DNA of 64,000 nucleotides from Thermoguttaceae bacterium (GTDB lineage Bacteria; Planctomycetota; Planctomycetia; Pirellulales; Thermoguttaceae): NCBI GenBank assembly GCA_045599865.1, contig JAZRWW010000024.1, positions 17,212 to 81,211 of the forward strand, read 5' to 3'. Shown piece by piece: positions 62,907 to 64,000 of this stretch (position 1 is its first letter; each line of letters starts with the position of its first letter). The notes under the pieces were generated by a model. It saw only the letters and a program-made list of their open reading frames with translations, ran no database searches and was not told where the DNA came from. The position numbers and the translations under genes were made by a program.

Positions 62907-64000
62907 TTATCCGAAAGCGCCAAAGAACATACTCTCGCGTTCGACCCCAAGATTGTCCAACATCGCGACCGTCGCTTTTGTTTCTTTTGCGGAACAACAG
63001 ATAAAATATTCGCAGTCTTCCGGCGCCTTGTGATCTTTGAGATAATTGTCGAATAAAACCTTGAAAACGGAACCGCGAGTACTTGGGAACGAATCGTTTG
63101 AATCCGGCGTGGCAAGCGCTAAATTGAACGAAAAATTAGGATATTGTTCCTCGAGCTTGACAAATTCGTCGAGATAATACGCGTCGCTCAACGTTCGCGC
63201 GCCGTACCACAGGGAAATCTTTTCTTTACGGTTTAACGCCTTCAATAATTCGCAGACGTGCGCGCGCAACGGCGCAAGACCGACGCCTTCGCCTATAAAG
63301 ACTTTTTCCGTCGGCGTCTCGCGGACAAGAAAATCGCCGAAAGGTCCTTCGACCGTCAGTTTGTCGCCGGGCTTCAAACCGAAGAAATAAGCCGACGTCG
63401 CGTTGACGCGCAGGTTAAATTTCAGAAGCCCTTCTTCTTGCGAGTAATTTGCCAACGAATAGGGACGCGTCGTCGACTCTTTCGACATATTCGTAAGATT
63501 CAAGAACTTCTTTTTTTCCCATTCTTCTCGATATTTTTCGGGAACGTCGAAATCGCTATACTTAACGAGCAGTCCTGCAGGGCGCGTGAGAAGGACGTAT
63601 TCGCCCGTCTTGAATTGTTCGTCGGCGCCCTCGGGCAATTCCACGACGAGTTCTTTGACAAAAGCGGCGACGTTGTCGTTGGAACGCACGACGCATTCCC
63701 ACGATTTCGCGGATACGACGTCGGTTGGAAGCTCCAGCTTCATATCTTGCTTGACGGGCGTTTGACACGCCAAACGAACCTTGGTTTTTATTTCGCGTCG
63801 CGTCATAAAACCGCGTTCCGTCGCGAGAATCTCGCCGCCGCCGGAAAGAACGCGAACTTTGCATTGACCGCACGTTCCGCCCCCGCCGCACGCCGCCGGA
63901 ACAAATATCTTATTCGCCGTCAGGACGTTCAAAAGTTTGCCGCCAGGTTGCGCGCGCAACGTTTTCGAAGCGTCGCCGTTAATTTCAATTTTGACTTCGC
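62907..64000 (-). CDS. nqrF: Na+-translocating NADH:quinone oxidoreductase subunit F (partial; N-terminus lies beyond the right edge)
   Basis: 2Fe-2S ferredoxin motif 'ACGGGGTCGQCKVRV', FAD site 'RPYSLANY' and an NAD-binding 'FIGEGVGLAPL'-type segment. The frame stays open from 63959 to the window end (...EVKIEINGDASKTL...). The track's 'M' at 63959 is therefore an internal TTG. Confidence 0.85.
   Translation of the reverse strand, partial: EVKIEINGDASKTLRAQPGGKLLNVLTANKIFVPAACGGGGTCGQCKVRVLSGGGEILATERGFMTRREIKTKVRLACQTPVKQDMKLELPTDVVSAKSWECVVRSNDNVAAFVKELVVELPEGADEQFKTGEYVLLTRPAGLLVKYSDFDVPEKYREEWEKKKFLNLTNMSKESTTRPYSLANYSQEEGLLKFNLRVNATSAYFFGLKPGDKLTVEGPFGDFLVRETPTEKVFIGEGVGLAPLRAHVCELLKALNRKEKISLWYGARTLSDAYYLDEFVKLEEQYPNFSFNLALATPDSNDSFPSTRGSVFKVLFDNYLKDHKAPEDCEYFICCSAKETKATVAMLDNLGVERESMFFGAFG

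Noticed and set aside
1-64000. CRISPR arrays, rRNA genes, IS elements with terminal inverted repeats, integrases, retron/DGR reverse transcriptases and toxin-antitoxin pairs
   Set aside because: I scanned both strands and the ORF track and found none. The only tandem DNA repeats are the 3x16-bp array, the in-frame micro-repeats and the intragenic module repeats listed above.

Overview
This 64-kb window looks like chromosomal DNA from a Planctomycetota-type bacterium. Supporting signs are two DUF1559 / H-X9-DG prepilin-like proteins, a giant protein with an N-terminal 'LEDRQLLA' motif, and propeller/cytochrome/FGE fusions. There is no rRNA, CRISPR array or clear IS element. Most genes are recognisable housekeeping genes: arfB, hisF, pilT, dinG, miaB, a PPi-type phosphofructokinase, queG, queD, apgM, ndk, gnd, a membrane pyrophosphatase, a short SecA paralogue, partial nqrF, tRNA-Ile(GAU) and tRNA-Gln(CUG). 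One ORF of 15.8 kb (5266 aa, 17543..33343) fills a quarter of the window. Read by eye, it runs: IdeS/papain-like module, three PPC-type domains, FN3, a caspase-fold domain whose His/Cys dyad appears to be Ser/Gly, an acidic linker, then nine 'SLREA + GGAIYN beta-helix' modules. Other items worth a second look: (1) pilT followed by a membrane-anchored GspE/PilB homologue with degenerate ATPase motifs. (2) An 857-aa single-pass membrane protein with a GAP1-N2-like 'YTS...G..GF' N-terminus, next to a GYF-AIM24 fusion. (3) A G12 homopolymer in the first codons of one of two tandem DUF1559 paralogues. (4) A 32-residue poly-Asn tract. (5) A ~410-bp palindromic hairpin-rich element beside tRNA-Ile. 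(6) A ~0.9-kb AT-rich non-coding island with orphan terminators, a 3x16-bp tandem repeat and a 20-codon ORF preceded by a Shine-Dalgarno (SD) site. (7) A ~140-aa insertion in the pyrophosphatase. All domain calls come from motif recognition by eye, with no database search, and confidences reflect that.
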